The position numbers were made by a program, and so were the translations under genes. From Batkoa obscura (taxonomy: Eukaryota): DNA of 64,000 bases. The notes under the pieces were generated by a model. The model saw nothing but the letters and a program-made list of their open reading frames with translations, was not told the origin of the DNA and made no database searches. The stretch covers positions 868,001-932,000 of the forward strand of contig JASVEC010000003.1 of the NCBI GenBank assembly GCA_030770535.1. Direction: 5' to 3'. This document shows positions 12,006-25,331 of this stretch, one piece after another (position 1 is the first letter of the stretch; every line of letters starts with the position of its first letter).

Positions 12006-14965
12006 ATGGATAAAGAGGCTATTGGTGAGCCCGAAGGTATCGCAAATATCTCTAAAGTTAAAATAGATAAAGTTAATTTTACTTTTGAGAAGGTTGACTT
12101 CAACGCATTAATTGATGCAGATGTCCTTAAGATTAAAGACGAATTAAAAGTAATCTATGGAATATTCAAAAAAAATGAGAGTTAAGCTGAAAATACAATC
12201 CAAGGTTCAATGGCAATAAAAGATAGGTTAAAAGAGATATCGTTATCCAATGGTTATACAAGATAAAAGAATTCAATACAATATTTAACAGAGATGAAGC
12301 ACCTTTGTTGATACTTTTGATCTCAAATATACTTGCTAAAAAACTGGATGCAAATGACAAAAAAATCCTCTGTGAATTTGACTTTAATTTAATGTCATCA
12401 GCAGAGGGAGAACGGTTTATTTCTGGCTTACAATCTATCTATGAAGAGTTCAAGCTTAAATCTCAGAAATCATCGTATTTGACTTTTAAATTAAACTGCG
12501 ATTCCCCCTTTTCTGGGGCATTGTTATTAAGCTGATTGAAGTTTATAAAGGATCTTGATGAATGGTCAGAAATAAATGGGTTTAAAGTTAACCCAGATCC
12601 CCTTTTGCTATTTTTTGCAAGTCAATACTTTGATAAGTATACAAGATCATCAATTTTAATTATCTCTTTGGATTCAATTCAAGGTAACAATCTTGATTTT
12701 AATTCTATTTATCAAATCAATAAACCTGCTACAAAAAAAAGCGCAGAGGTGAACTCAGGCAATGTAAATAAAGGACAAGAGGTTATAGTGCTGGATAACA
12801 GTGAATTTGAAAATACTCATAATGCGGACGGAACCGATTACGCTAATTTAAGCCTATTAGCAAAGAAAGAGTTGAAACGATATTTAAAGTCAATGTTAGG
12901 CTATTCAAGTGATATAGAACAATTAGAAGCGCATGTTAATAAATCATTGAAAGCTTACAAGGATTCGAAACCTGATTTCAATATTGTTCAAAATCAAGCA
13001 TGTAATTCCAAAAGTATTAATAAATTTAGTTGTTGAAAAATATGTGTTGGGAAATAAACGGGTAAATGTAGATTCAGAGCTACGCGATTATTTGCCGAGG
13101 ACAAGGATAAAGAATTGGTTGAAGGCTATGCTTTTATTAAAGCAAATGAATGTGAAAAATTCAAGGAAAAAATTCACAATTATAAAAAGTACACAATAAC
13201 CAAACCGCAATTTAATGATTTATTTGCACCTCCAGACTTACCAATAGCATCATTGACTATCTATAGTAATGAAGCTACGGAGAAGGATTATAAATATATT
13301 AAAAAGTACATCAACCCTGCATTAAAAAAAGCATTAAAAAATGAGATTGAAATTTATAAAAGATTTGGAAATGGCATACATTATCGTCCAATGGTTCAGC
13401 CTATACCACAAGTTTGTGATAAATGCAGAACTTCCATTTTCTGTTTTTTCTATGTGTGCCGTAAATGTAGTGTTGAATTATGTGCTTTATGCTACAAGAA
13501 TCTTTACAATGAATTTAATATCAGATTAAATCCTTTTAGCTGTTTTAGAGAACCTAAGTCAGGAGACAGTTCTCATACACGTAGAGCGTTTTTACCATTT
13601 TCTTTTTATACATTAAATGTATTCAAAAAGTTTTATGATCCTGTGCTTGCATATAACCCATCTGAAAATTCAAATGTAAATAAAAATGAAAATGTCACAA
13701 GCGAGTTATTTCGTGAAATTGATCATACTTCTTATCCCTATCCATTTGGAAAAAAAAAAGATATTAAACTACCTGATTTTCAAGTAGCATGGAAAAAGGG
13801 TACCTCGATGGTAATTGAGCTTGACATGAGCTCATCAAAGTATACAGTTGATCCTTCGTTCTTTATTAAATATTATGGAAATTTTAGAATTGAAGTTGTA
13901 CATTTAAATAGCAAAAAAATTAGTGGATTAAAAGTAGAATTTTTTGGTAATTTTAATAGTAAAAAAAAAGGAGTTCAATATAAAAAAGAACAAATACCAG
14001 CTATGATTAAGGACTGGCAGCCAGATTTCACTTTTAAAGAGCACTTTAAATGCCTTTATAATGATTTTATGAATCTTGTGCCATTCCCGGAGTATATGAG
14101 ATATGATGGTAAATTTAATTTACTTTCATATATACCAGATATTCATGCTGTCTTAGATCTTGAACCAAAGATACACAGCTCTTATTACCATGGGGGTAGT
14201 AAAGAATTTGGCACCACTTCCCTGAATTTAAATGTGGCAGATACCATTAACATAATGAGCTACTCCTCAGGTAATTTAAATGAACCAGGCGCATTGTGGC
14301 ACGTATTCAAAAGAGAAGATGCAAATAATATTAGAAAGTTTATATCAAAAAATAATAAAAATAAAGTCATTAATGATCCAATACATGATCAAGCTTTCTA
14401 TTTTAATGAGGAGAGCTTAGATGACCTTGAGAATAATCATGATGCAATCAATTATCAGATTTACCAAAGACCTGGTGATGCAGTACTTATACCAGCTGGT
14501 TGTGCACATCAAATTCAAAATTTTCATCATTGTATTAATATTTCAATGAATTTTGTAGCCTTAGAAAGTGCATCCATTTATGTACAACTTACCAATGAGT
14601 TCCGATCTCTTTCATATAATCATTCGAAATGTGTAGATGTTTTAAATACATCTAGTATATTAGCTAATGTTTGGAACACTATAGAAGAAAAAGTTACTGG
14701 TAAGTCGGTTTTACAAGGTAGAATTTTCAATTATAACTTGCCTACAAATTTTGAACCTAGTGATATAAGTAAAAGAAATACTTCTGGCAGTGAGTTTGAA
14801 AATATAGAGCTAAGAAAAGTAAAAAGGAATAGACAACATGATCTGATATCATAAATCAATATTAAGTCTAGATGAAATTGATCCCAAAATTAATGAAAAA
14901 GTCAAACAAATACCGAATATGATAATAAACAATTAATTAATGAACACGAAAAACAGGAGGACTGA
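12006..14965 (+). pseudogene. Pseudogenised KDM3/JMJD1-like JmjC demethylase paralog
   Basis: Colinear with 32891-36109 from MDKE to EHEKQED*; stops at 12183, 12533, 13034, 13055; frameshifts near 12227 and in the 3' end; Fe-binding HLD changed to NLN. Confidence 0.88.
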
Positions 14966-15349
14966 GATTTGGTTACTTTAAAAAAAATCATAAATCAATA
15001 ATAAAAAGAAGTGGGTGTTAACATAGGCCATAGCCTGATTGTATAATTAGCATTACAACCAAATTAAAAGGTTATACAAGTTTAATAAAGTAAATGATTT
15101 ACTAATTTACTAATTTACTAACTAATAATATAACCAAGTATGAAAATGGATTATATTTTTTTGATTACCTAAAATCTCATCCAACTTTAAATATTTGAGA
15201 CATGTACACTTTTATCAAGCACTGTAGTTAAATAGTTACTTTGATTTTACAAATGAATTTGGTCACTATATTGATATTATTAGAAATAAAACGTTGCCTT
15301 TATTCTGACTAATGATGTACATACAAAAAAAACTCTAAATGATCTCAGT

Positions 15350-15430
15350 TTTACTTAGCAATACTAATAACCTAACCACAAGAAAGACAACTATGAGTTT
15401 CACCATAAAAAGGATTATTTTCAGTGATTG
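15350..15430 (-). pseudogene. 3' remnant of a LITAF paralog
   Basis: Reads NPFYGETHSCLSCG*VISIAK*. Confidence 0.65.
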
Positions 15431-16065
15431 AAAATATAAAGAAATATAAAGCACAACATAAAGCATGTATTGAAATAGGCTTTAAGTATTTCTAAACAAA
15501 GAGAACCAGGAATAAAGTTTGAGTTTATGTCTTTTTTATTTTAATCTATTTAATTAACTATTTATACTTGTGCTTGTTATTATATTCTTTAATTTACACT
15601 TGCTTTATCGCTTTAATAATATGACTTTTAAAGTTAAATGTATCCTGTAACATTTTCAATCAGATATTAAATTTATTTGATAATATACTTTTTATGCAAA
15701 ATTTTATGATAGATCAATATCCTTAAAAGTTAAATCATATTTAAAAGAATGAATAATTCTTTAATAGTTTTTAAATTTATATAATTAAAAAAGCTCAATA
15801 GAAAACCCCTGGTATTTATAAATTATACTAAGAAATTAACTATTTCAATTTAAGTTATAAGTTTCTTTGGAAGTTTATATTTAAAGAAATAATATATTTA
15901 ACAAAGTTTTTTTTAAACTAAATCATTAATACTAATGATTAAAAGTGTTATAAACAAATTTAAACGCTTACTTTTATTTTCAAAAAATTATAGTAATATT
16001 ATCCAGTAGTTTTATAACTAAGAATTATAGTATAATTAATGATAAATCAGTAAACGATCCACATT

Positions 16066-16491
16066 TTACTCGTCCTCACCCTTACCCTCTTTAGCAATAG
16101 CAACAACCCTATCACAAGAAGGACAATGGTGAATTTCATTAAAATTTGGAGTATATACAATCATCAAATAAAGTAAAGGAAAAGTAAAGGCAAATAATAA
16201 AAACCCAAAAACAATTGCTTTGTGTGATTTAGAGATAATGAGACTTGCAAATGAAAAAAAGAGAAAAACAAGCAAAGTAAGAAATGGTTTAAGTTTAGGT
16301 TCATATTCAACTTTAGTAATTATTTCCTTATCTTCAAATGGGCATATTAACATCAGTACCCCTTTCCTATTTAATTGTAAAATTTCGGGTTGATTTATAA
16401 TAACTGTTTTATTCGTATGACTTGAGTTATTAAGTTGATATAAAGGTGGAGTGGAATTATTTAAGTCAATTTCAATATCTAAATCGTCCAT
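16066..16491 (-). CDS. LITAF-like protein with extended hydrophobic region
   Basis: PPLY, CPFE, hydrophobic core, HHCPSC. Confidence 0.82.
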   Translation of the reverse strand: MDDLDIEIDLNNSTPPLYQLNNSSHTNKTVIINQPEILQLNRKGVLMLICPFEDKEIITKVEYEPKLKPFLTLLVFLFFSFASLIISKSHKAIVFGFLLFAFTFPLLYLMIVYTPNFNEIHHCPSCDRVVAIAKEGKGEDE

Positions 16492-16617
16492 AATACTTTG
16501 AGTTAAAAAAATAATATTAAATTAAATTGTTTAATCTTTAGTTCATACCATTTCTTATTTATATAACTAAATTATTACTATATGATTTTTATATTTGTTT
16601 GAAATGTTTGGATTTGA

Positions 16618-16641
16618 CCACTTTAAGACCACATGATAAAA
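16618..16641 (-). promoter_or_regulatory. Conserved LITAF-paralog upstream motif (E-box CACATG)
   Basis: ccactttaagaccacatgataaaa, E-box ~139 bp upstream of ATG 16491. Confidence 0.5.
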
Positions 16642-17166
16642 AAATTGATTTTTCATATTAAATGATTAATATGTATGAATAGCGACTAATAGCAATAGTT
16701 TATAATTTGTTGGTTTTAATTAAAATAATAATTGTTTTAATACTATATTTCAAAGTCATAAAAATTATTATCATAATATGAAAATTTTTGAAATCAATTT
16801 AGTAAAAGTAATATTTAAACCTAATAAACTAAATCTAATTAAAGATAACCATTTAATAAACTACAGTAATCCTTTATAAATAAACATTATTGATTTAAAT
16901 ATACTTACTATCTAAAGCTAATATATTATAGTAAATTTAAAAATTAAATAGAACTTATCATCAAATCATTTAAATCCAATATTATTAACAAACAAATTCA
17001 AATATACAAATCAATAAACATTACCAATTTATTTCTTTAACATGTATCAAAATATAATCAAAAATCTCTATAATTGACCATCTCAAGTCGAATCAATCTT
17101 AATATAAAACAAAATAACTGATTTCTTTTAATCCTACTAATCTAAAATCTTCTAGAATCTCCAAAT

Positions 17167-17769
17167 CTACTCTTTTTTCATTGCTTTAAATTTACAAAGA
17201 TTGGAAACATAATCCTTCATTTCAAAATCTTTACTAAAAAATTCAAACTTAGGTGGGACTTTGGATAAATCTAATTTGATATCCTCTATAAAATGTATTT
17301 AAAAAAAAAAGGTGAATACTTAATTTGATCTAACTCTAAATTTATAAGTAAATAAAAATAAAAGCACTTACTTCTTTTTGAATTATCTAAGATATGAAGT
17401 TCAAATTTATCCAATTTATAATACTCTTTTAAATTCACTTTTTTATCATCTAATATTTTATAAATAACTCGACCGGTAGGTAATAACTTGTCATCATGTA
17501 AGCTCTAAACAAATCAAAATCAGCCCAATTAATCCCGTAACACACATCAAAATAATCAAAATAATCAAAATAATCAAAATAATCAAAAATGAAGAGTTAG
17601 TTTAAAATCTTTTACTTACCCTATGTTGTTCAAATGTAATTACTTGGCCTTGAGTCATAAACCATTGATAAATTGTAGTGATATCTTTTTTAGTTAAATA
17701 ATTGGTACTTCGAATTTTATAATTAATCTGTTGACCTAGTGTTTGACCAAGGATTTTTAAATGAGTCAT
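17167..17769 (-). CDS. Hypothetical 3-exon protein
   Basis: MTHLKILGQ...FEQHR|SLHDDKLLPTGRVIYK...SKR|KDIKLDLSKVPPKFEFF...KKE*; two GTAAGT-AG introns keep frame; divergent from PPIE. Confidence 0.55.
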
Positions 17770-17919
17770 TTTTATTTATAAAAGATTTAAAAACTTTGAA
17801 AAGAAAATAATGTCCTTCTCTTATTTCAATCACTGCAAAAATAAAAGAATTAAAAACTTTAACTTCAATTTTCAAAAAAAAGTCAAAAGTATCTTTTTTA
17901 ATAAAATTTTCAATCCCAA

Positions 17920-19349
17920 ATGAATAACTCTATAAAAGATCGAAAAACGAATACTATATTTGTAGGTAAAAAGCAACGTTTTCTTATTAAACAATAATCA
18001 TATTTTGACCCTTAATTTAGGTGGCTTTGATGAACAAGTCAATGAACAGATATTATATGATACTTGCATTCCATTTGGAGATATAGTACAAGTACAAATA
18101 CCGAGTAACCCATCGAGGTGTAAGAATGAATTTTCCCAACTATAAATTAAAAAAATAAATCAAACTCATTCATTTTCAGGGTTAGTCCATCGAGGCTTTG
18201 GTTTTGTGGAATATGAAGATAGTGAAGATGCTTTAGCTGCTGTAGATAATTTACATTTATCCGAATTGTATGGTAAAGTTTTGAAAGTCAATATTGCTAC
18301 TAATACTAGAGTCAATCAATATTCAATTAAAGCTGGTAAGTTTGGAGATTTTTGTTGTTTTTGTGGAATTGGTTGATATTAATAAATGCTTTTTTATTTT
18401 AGTTTGGACTGAAGATTCTTGGTTACAAGAATACGGAACTAATAGACAAGAAGAAAACAAAATCGAAAATAAAAAGGAAGGTGGGGATAAAAAAGAGGGG
18501 GAGAATAAGAAAAAGAATCCAAAGTAGTTTAGAATTTATTTTTACATTTATAAATTAATAATAATTTTTAAAAAGAGTATTTTTTGATATTACAATTGGT
18601 GGTGAAACAGCAGGTAGAATAGTAATGGTATTAAGGGCTGATGTAGTACCAAAAACAGCAGAGTAAATATTTTATATTATTTTTATTATAATTTAATATT
18701 AATATTCTAATAATAGGAATTTTAGAGCATTGTAATCAATATGGTTTAATAGTTTTATAAATAAAGTATTAATATTTTTTTAATAAGATGTACTAATGAA
18801 AAAGGGTATGGTTATAAAAAATCGGTATTTCATAGGGTAAATTAATAGTTCAAAAATAAATACTAAATATTAATAGAATGTTTTTAGGTAATACCAAAAT
18901 TTATGTGTCAAGGAGGTAATAAACAATAATCATATAAAATAATATAAAATAATAAATAATAATATTAAATAGGCGATTTTACAAATTATAATGGTACTGG
19001 TGGAAAATCAATTTATGGAAATAAATTTGAAGATGAAAATTTTCAGTTAAAACATTCAGGATTGGGCACTTTATCAATGGCCAATTCAGGTCCAAATACT
19101 AATGGTTCTCAATTTTTTATTTGTACTGGGCCAACCGAATGGTAATTTTAATATTATATAATATATATTAATAATATTAAACTATGTATATATATATATA
19201 TTATATTATTTAGGTTAGATAATAAACATGTAGTATTTGGTTATGTAGAATCTGGTTTAGATGTAGTTAAAAAAATGGAACAGTTCGGTAGTGAAAGTGG
19301 TAAACCTCAACGTAAAATTACAATTATTGATTGTGGTGAATTGGAATAA
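17920..19349 (+). CDS. PPIE: Peptidyl-prolyl isomerase E (RRM + cyclophilin, Cyp33-like)
   Basis: RRM with [10 protein letters not shown]; cyclophilin [69 protein letters not shown]; many short introns. Confidence 0.92.
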
Positions 19350-19462
19350 AAAAATTTAATAAAAAATAAGTTTGTTATTAAATTATATCATAAAAAATAA
19401 AAATAAAAATAAAATAAAAATAAAAATAAAATAAAAATAAAAATAAAAATAAAGATTATTCT

Positions 19463-20419
19463 TTATTCTTCTCTTTTTATTTCTATGATTTCATCCGCCA
19501 TAGCTTCAAGTTGAGGCTGTCTTAATTTAAGATTACCTGAAAAAAATTCCATCCAAATATCAACTTCTTCCTAATAAAAAATAAACAACATTTAATTAAT
19601 AAATAACAATTTAATTACTTTTTTATGACTCATTTCATGACCTTTTCCTTTAATAATCCTTAATTTAATATATTCATCCCATTCTTTTGTCACCACATCT
19701 TTTAATTTATTAATACTATTTGTATAAATAGTTTTAGTATTCTTTTCATCTTTATCTCCAATAATAAATAATAATTTAGTATCAAACCCCCTCATGCTGT
19801 GTTGTGTTTGTTTTTCTAGAAAACTATCTAAAGGTAAAGCAGCAATAGCAATGACTCCACATAATGGTAATGGATATTCTAAAGCTAATTGTAAAGCCAT
19901 TGTTCCTCCTTGTGAATAACCAAATAAAAAAGTATTATTGATTTTATAGCCTTTACTTTGAGTATAATCTAATAACTCTTTTAATAAAGTTAAACTTTGT
20001 TGATAACTTTTATCTTCATGTATTATATTGAGTTCTAATTTTGAATTTTAAAAACATTAAATAAATAAAGAATATTAATATTAAATAAATAATGCTTACC
20101 ACTTCCATCTTCAAGATTGAAGCTATCCCACCACATATACATTTCTTCATGATCATAAGTAAATGGTAATTTATAAGGTGCTTGTACGGATAATATACTG
20201 GATTGTGGTAAATTTAGTTGTTTAGCTAAATTAAAATAATTTTTATTATTATCGCCTAAATTAAACTTATTAAATATATTATTAAATATATAATATTATT
20301 AAAAATGATTTACCTAAACCATGTAAAAATAGAATTAAATTTTCTTGGTATTGATCTTGAAGATTATTTGTAAATTGAAATTTTAATTTTTGAAATTCTT
20401 TATTATCTAATATTTTCAT
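19463..20419 (-). CDS. Phospholipase/carboxylesterase (alpha/beta hydrolase, acyl-protein thioesterase-like)
   Basis: LFLHGLGD, FLFGYSQGG nucleophile elbow, GDKDE, GKGHEM; three introns. Confidence 0.85.
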
Positions 20420-20578
20420 CTTTGACTAAAATAAATAAAACCTCATTAAAATTTATCAAGAATACCAAGAGCTCTCTCTTAGAGTTTTCTAATGCTTGAA
20501 TGAAACCTTAATTGATTGGTGGTTTTCTGAAACTATAAATTTCGATTTTTACTATTTCTTTTTCTAAAATAAATAAAA

Positions 20579-21494
20579 ATGCAAAACCCTAATGAAGATA
20601 CTGAATGGAATGATATTTTAAGAGCTAAAGGAATATTACCCCCTAAAGAACCAAGTAAAGAAGAATTAGTTGAAAAAGCATTAGAAGAAGCCATTGAAGC
20701 ACATCAAGCTAAACAAAATAGTCATCAAAAATATGAAGATTATGAGTTAGAAGAATTGGATGAATTTGAAGATTTAGAAGATGAAAGTATTTTGAATATT
20801 TATAGGTAAGTTAAAGAGAAAAATAAATTATTTATTTTATGTAACTATGAGGAGAATATGTAACTGATTTTATTTTAATAGAGAAAAAAGACTTCAAGAG
20901 ATGAAATTGTTAGTTTCTAAACAAAAATATGGTGAAATTATTCAAATTAATCGACCTGATTTTATTCGTGAAGTAACTGAAGCTAGTGAACATGCACCTG
21001 TTATTGTACATTTATTTAAAGATAGGTAAACTTCATTTACTCCTTATTCTTTACTAAATCATTTAATTAACTTTATATTATTATAGTTATTTAGCTTGTC
21101 GTCAATTAAATCACTATTTATCCGAATTAGCTAAACAATATAAATCTACTAAATTTGTAAAAATAATTTCGGACCTTTGTATTGAAAATTATCCAGATAA
21201 AAATTTACCCACTATTTTGTGTTATCATAAAGGAAACGTTAAACAACAATTAATTGGGTTAGCTTCGAATTTACATTCAGGTTGTAATTTATCAAAGAAA
21301 GGTAATTTTATTATTATTTTATTAGGGATAAATAGATTAATGACCTTATTATTATAGAATTAGAAAATACTTTAATTGGTCATGAACTATTAGATATTCA
21401 AGAAAGTAGTAAAGATAAAATGGAAGAATATGAAGATGAAAGGAAAAGTATTCGTAATACCAACCTTTTAAACCAGCAATTAGATGACTATTAA
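20579..21494 (+). CDS. PLP2: Phosducin-like protein (Plp2/PDCL3)
   Basis: [63 protein letters not shown]; three introns. Confidence 0.9.
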
Positions 21495-21686
21495 AATAAA
21501 CTTGAACCTAAAACTTATCTATATTTCTTTATTATACAATAAAATCCAAATTATTTTATTTTATATACTTTTTATTAAATATAGAAAAGTTTTTATAATT
21601 CATTGATATATTCTATTCTATTTATATTAAGCTTTATCATTCAGAAAAAATAATTTTAAAATATGAATTTGCAACCATCATTATCT

Positions 21687-22342
21687 TTATACTATTTCTT
21701 TATCTTCTTCTACTTTTTGTTTTTCTTCTTCTTCTTCTTCTTCTTTATCTTCTTCGTCTAAATTCATATTTTGTAAAATTAATTCTGCAACTTCTTCATG
21801 ACCTGCACCTTTAGCTTCTGTAAAAGCAGTTCGACCCATTTCATTTTTAATCTATAATTATAATTAATCATCAACTTTTAAAAAAAAATCTCAAAAAGAG
21901 TTAAAAAAATCATAAAAGGATCTCAACTTACCATTAAATCTGCCCCATTTTGAATAAAACATTCCACTACTTCTTTATGACCATTCATAGCTGCCCAATG
22001 GATTGCTGTGTTTCCATTACCATTTATTTGGTTAATTCCATTACCTTCAGGTCTGGATAATAAATATTCGATTATATCTATATATAAAATTAGTCCTTAT
22101 TAATAACCAAATTACTAACATCTCCCCTCCTCTTATGAAAATTGATTTATTATTATTATTAAAATTAATAACTTACCCAAATGACCATTAGCCCCAGCCA
22201 TATGTAAAGCGGAATTTTGATTGAAACCTTTGGATTTTAATAAACTTGGGCCCACTTTTATGAGTAATTGTTTTAATTCATCTAAATCACCATAGCGGGC
22301 ATAGTTTATAAATTCCACTTCATAATCGCCAAGTTCAGTCAT
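21687..22342 (-). CDS. YAR1: Small ankyrin-repeat protein (Yar1-like)
   Basis: ARYGDLDELK, SALHMAGANGH, GNTAIHWAAMNGH, KNEMGRTAFTEA, acidic tail; two introns. Confidence 0.75.
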
Positions 22343-22947
22343 TATAATTATCAACCTTGAGTTTTATGTTTTTTTAGAAACTTGAATTTTAGATATTTTT
22401 CGAAATATTCAATTTGTTAAATTCTGTTAGAATCTAATTGGAACCAATTAAAAGTAAAATAATTTTTATTAGAAAGAATATTATTTAAAAAAAATGCTTT
22501 AACAAACGGGATTTTAATCATAGAATGAGGAATCGATTATTAAAAGATAGTAATAATGTATTATTTCTCATTTTATTAAATCCTTAAATAATAAAAACAT
22601 ATCTTCTTAAAAAAATTATATATTTATATAATTAATTACATAAGAGTTACTCCTAATATTTTAATACAATGTAAAAGTCTAAATAAACCAACTATTTTAT
22701 TTTCATCTAATCTGCACAATTAACCACTTGAAAATGAACTAGTTAATTAACCAAAATAAGGAATTTTTCTAATTCTTCAGCTTGAAAATGAATAAGCCAT
22801 AAGTTAAGCAATTATAGAATTCCACCAATTGGCAACTTCGCTTTAAACTCCACATTTCAGCTGATAAGTAATGTATAAAAAAGAGTCACAAAATTTGAAA
22901 TTGAAAGTTTTTTATATTAAAATAAATAAAAGATAAAGAAATAAAGA

Positions 22948-23825
22948 ATGTCATCCCCAAAAAGAAGAATTGAAACAGATGTAATGAAACTGTAAGTAAT
23001 TTATTTTTAACAATAGTAAAAATATATTTCTATAATCACTTATTCATTACTAACTTTTTTACCTTCTCTAAATTAGCTTAATGAGTGATTATGATGTCAA
23101 TTTAGTTAATGATAATATGCAAGAATTTTATGTAAAATTTATTGGACCTGATGATACACCGTATAAAGGAGGTATTTGGAAAGTTCATGTGGAATTACCG
23201 GATCAATATCCATATAAATCTCCTTCTATTGGATTCATGAATAAAATATTTCATCCCAATATTGATGAATTGTAAGTTAAATTTGATTTATTTTTTAATT
23301 TAAGATAAAAATAATTATAGATAATGAAAAAGAAGGAATAATATTTGATATTAATATTTTTTTATAGAAGCGGTTCCGTTTGTTTAGACGTTATTAATCA
23401 AACTTGGAGTCCAATGTTTGGTAAGTTGAATACTATTCTTATTATTATAATAAAATGTGATAAAGTTTTAAAGATGAAATCTAATTTCTTTTTTTAATAA
23501 TATAGATATGATCAATATCTTTGGAGTATTTTTACCTCAACTTTTACGTTATCCAAACCCAACTGATCCACTTAATGGCGAAGCAGCAAGTTTATTAATG
23601 AGAGATCCTACTGGTTATGAACAAAGAGTCAAAGGTAATTAATAAAATTATTTAAAGATATAATAATTATAATGTTAATTGATGAATAAATTATAAATAG
23701 AACATGTGGTACGTAATGCAACTAAAGAAGCATTTGAAGGAGCTACTAATCAAGAAAGCAGTGATGAAGAAATGAGTCCAGTTGAAGATTTTTCAGATGA
23801 TGAAGCGGATAAATTAGAACTTTAA
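22948..23825 (+). CDS. UBC8: Ubiquitin-conjugating enzyme E2 (Ubc8/UBE2H)
   Basis: [54 protein letters not shown], acidic tail; four introns. Confidence 0.95.
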
Positions 23826-24202
23826 ATATAAGTTAAGTTAACGATTTAAGTTGTGACTTGACTCTCTTTTTTTCTCCCTTTGTATCGTTAATAAATTTTA
23901 TTATTTTATTTTATTTTAAAAACAAACATACTAGTTTAATATCTGATGATTGAAAGAATTTTTGGAATTGAATTTTTGTTAATTTAAAAAATTTAATAGG
24001 ACTAAACATTTAAGTTTAATAAACTCGAAACTTAATAATAAATGAAGTAAATAGGTATTAATTTGATTTCAACTATTCTAATTTAAAAACTATGCTTTTA
24101 AATTGAATTGTGAATATTATATATATATATTGTAATCTTTTAAAAATATATAATAAATAAATAAAATAATAATAATATGAAATAGGATAAAGATAATGAT
24201 AT

Positions 24203-24303
24203 AGAGATGTATTTTTTTGTTTAAGAATTTTACTAGCAATCTTTTCGTTGAAATAGCGCTTAAAAAATGGAAAAAGTAATGAAACCAAAAAAAAACATCC
24301 ACA
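24203..24303 (-). mobile_element. MITE family A
   Basis: Family core in reverse orientation, degenerate TIRs. Confidence 0.78.
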
Positions 24304-24522
24304 TATATTAATAATTTAATTTAATCACTTTAGTTTTATTCTTAAAGATAAACTAAAATTAATAGTAACTAACTTTAATACTTTTTATAAAAAAATAAAA
24401 TTATACAAAACTCTATTATTGATTTTTAAAATTTAAAGACAATTAAAGCTTTTGTGTTTTTATTTAAAAACTAAGTCCTAAAGATATATTCAAAAAAGCT
24501 ACAATCACTCAACCAACCTTAT

Positions 24523-24969
24523 TTACACTTGTTTTATTTTTTCCAGAATTCTAGGACCCATCTTGATAATTTTTCTTTTTAACATTAACTTATCCCCTTC
24601 CTCTATACTATCCCCACTCACTACACATTTACTACCTAATTTACTTTTAAAACAAGAAAATTGATCTAAATTAATATAATATTCCTTTTTTCCTCTCTTA
24701 TTAATGAGTAAGATTTGTTCGTTTGTGCATAGGGCTATTCGTAATTGGTTACGATTTAATTTTGATGATGGAGAAGAACAATGACTTGTGTTAGTGCTAC
24801 ATAATAAAGAAGTGCTTCGAAAAGTATGTACGTTACTTGGAGTACTGATAATACAATCACATTGTAAATTATTTTCCATATCTGTTGTTATACTACAATC
24901 ATAATTTAAAGAAAGAATACAAGTTGTTAGACAGAGAAATAACAATATCAAATAATAATAATGACGCAT
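24523..24969 (-). CDS. Small secreted Cys-rich protein (distant member of the 8-Cys family at 55226/60349)
   Basis: Signal peptide; mature region NYDC, CDC, C, C, C-x24-C-x8-C. Confidence 0.65.
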   Translation of the reverse strand: MRHYYYLILLFLCLTTCILSLNYDCSITTDMENNLQCDCIISTPSNVHTFRSTSLLCSTNTSHCSSPSSKLNRNQLRIALCTNEQILLINKRGKKEYYINLDQFSCFKSKLGSKCVVSGDSIEEGDKLMLKRKIIKMGPRILEKIKQV

Positions 24970-25331
24970 TTTAATTGATTATTTATCTTTTTTTTTCTGT
25001 TTTATTTTTGTATTTATAAAATAAAAATTAAAGAATTAAAGAATTGAACTTATTTTTTTAACAAAATGCATTTTTAAAGTGAAAGCATTAAAAGCGGACA
25101 AATTTTAATTGTTGTTTAAATGGAAGAATTAAGTTCAAATTTATCCTTCATTTTTATTGTTTTTGAAAATTGAATTCTTTAAAGTAATGACAATAATAAA
25201 ATATTGGAACTATAACAATTCAAATTAAACAACATGTAAATTTTTTTATTTAAATAAGAAGAGAGTTAATAAAAAACATAATAAATTAACAACATACAAT
25301 AAATATACACAACAGTATCTAATCTTACAAT

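Noticed and set aside
12183..13057. Stop-codon reassignment or readthrough (TAA at a Gln position, TGA at Trp and Cys positions in the JmjC copy)
   Set aside because: The same copy has frameshifts and lost catalytic residues, and intact genes end normally in TAA, TAG and TGA
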